From a bacterium (lineage in GTDB: Bacteria > Zhuqueibacterota > Zhuqueibacteria > Oceanimicrobiales > Oceanimicrobiaceae), in contig JBHHXT010000076.1 of assembly GCA_046757165.1 (NCBI GenBank), positions 1 to 20,744 of the forward strand: 20,744 nt of DNA. The letters are read 5' to 3'. Position 1 is the first letter of the stretch. Each line of letters starts with the position of its first letter. Below, piece after piece: positions 19,981 to 20,744 of the stretch. The translations under genes were made by a program, and so were the position numbers. The notes beneath the pieces are model-generated. The model had not been told where the DNA came from. It made no database searches and was given only the letters and a program-made list of their open reading frames with translations.

Positions 19981-20628
19981 CTATCTTTGGTCTGAAGCGG
20001 GTGGCAGGACCTCCCCGCCTCCTGATGACTCTCCTTTCAAGCTAAAGGCGACAACACCAGCGATGAGGGTCCCGCCAAGGAGCAAAATGGGCCACGGACT
20101 CAGCCCCTTCTTTTTTGGGGAAAACAGCGACCGAACGTATTGTTCTTTGAATCTCACCAGATCGTTGCCAACCTTTTCATAAGAGGTATCTATCATGTAG
20201 GTGTTCAGGCTGCCGGTTGCCAGGTCATAGCGCGTCAACTCTCCGACCAGATGAACGGGTTCGCCCTCCGCCGCGGTGTTGCGCAATCTTCCTGAGAAAA
20301 CGTGGTCAAACTGGTACTTGTCCGCGAACGTCCGAAATGCCTCGCTATCTTGCTGTGCGAGCAGCGCGGCCAACTTCTCACGGCCATACGCAATTCGCGC
20401 GGCATCCGGTTTCGTCATCAGCAGAGCATCTTCCGACTCCAGGATCGCGTTGATTCGCCAGGCCAGGGTCTCTTCGATTTCCTGTGGCAAGTCGTCACAG
20501 TCGAGGCCGATAAACGCCGCCCGGATCTGTTTCGCCTTGCCCCCCGCGACCAGCGCAGCATTTTGGGCAGAGAGTAGAGAAAGAATCAGCACATAAACAA
20601 ATTGTTTTTTGACACTTAAACTATCCAT
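19981..20628 (-). CDS. Hypothetical secreted protein with C-terminal membrane anchor, 215 aa
   Basis: AAGGAGGAGG SD before ATG 20628, N-terminal signal peptide, alpha/beta domain, C-terminal KKK-hydrophobic-GGG-LPP tail. Confidence 0.82.
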   Translation of the reverse strand: MDSLSVKKQFVYVLILSLLSAQNAALVAGGKAKQIRAAFIGLDCDDLPQEIEETLAWRINAILESEDALLMTKPDAARIAYGREKLAALLAQQDSEAFRTFADKYQFDHVFSGRLRNTAAEGEPVHLVGELTRYDLATGSLNTYMIDTSYEKVGNDLVRFKEQYVRSLFSPKKKGLSPWPILLLGGTLIAGVVAFSLKGESSGGGEVLPPASDQR

Positions 20629-20706
20629 GACCTCCTCCTTGCACAAGAGATGCTTCATTGGTCGATAAGTTTAGGTTGTTCTTTTTTTGTGCACAAGAAT
20701 GTGCAT

Positions 20707-20735
20707 AATTTATGACATTCCTGGAAAAAATGCAA
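20707..20735 (-). promoter_or_regulatory. Putative sigma70 promoter for the 19981-20628 gene
   Basis: Minus strand TTGCAT-17 nt-TAAATT. Confidence 0.45.
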
Positions 20736-20744
20736 GTAGATTCG

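Overview
Bacterial chromosomal window. The kinase architecture is reminiscent of KSB1/Calditrichota/Ignavibacteria-like lineages, but this is an unverified impression. Left part (1-5.7 kb): two convergent membrane-anchored Hanks-type Ser/Thr kinases with TolB-N-like/TPR C-terminal domains (the first is 5'-truncated by the window), three short ORFs that the ORF track misses or starts too early (a 50-aa peptide with a near-perfect SD behind kinase 1, and two tandem small membrane proteins), and a conserved-looking hypothetical gene behind a near-consensus sigma70 promoter. Centre (5.8-18.8 kb): a complete respiratory operon made of alternative complex III (actABCDEF plus an actG-like gene), an SCO copper chaperone and an A2-type caa3-like cytochrome c oxidase (coxBACD). 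Right end: a lipoprotein and a secreted, C-terminally anchored protein on the minus strand. Several intergenic regions, two of them inside the respiratory operon, are mosaics of short palindromic, MITE-like and heptamer repeats. Two of these elements occur twice in the window, and one copy carries a nested 45-bp palindromic insertion bounded by a direct repeat. Best novelty candidates are the kinase-TPR plus small-peptide pair and the nested repeat elements.
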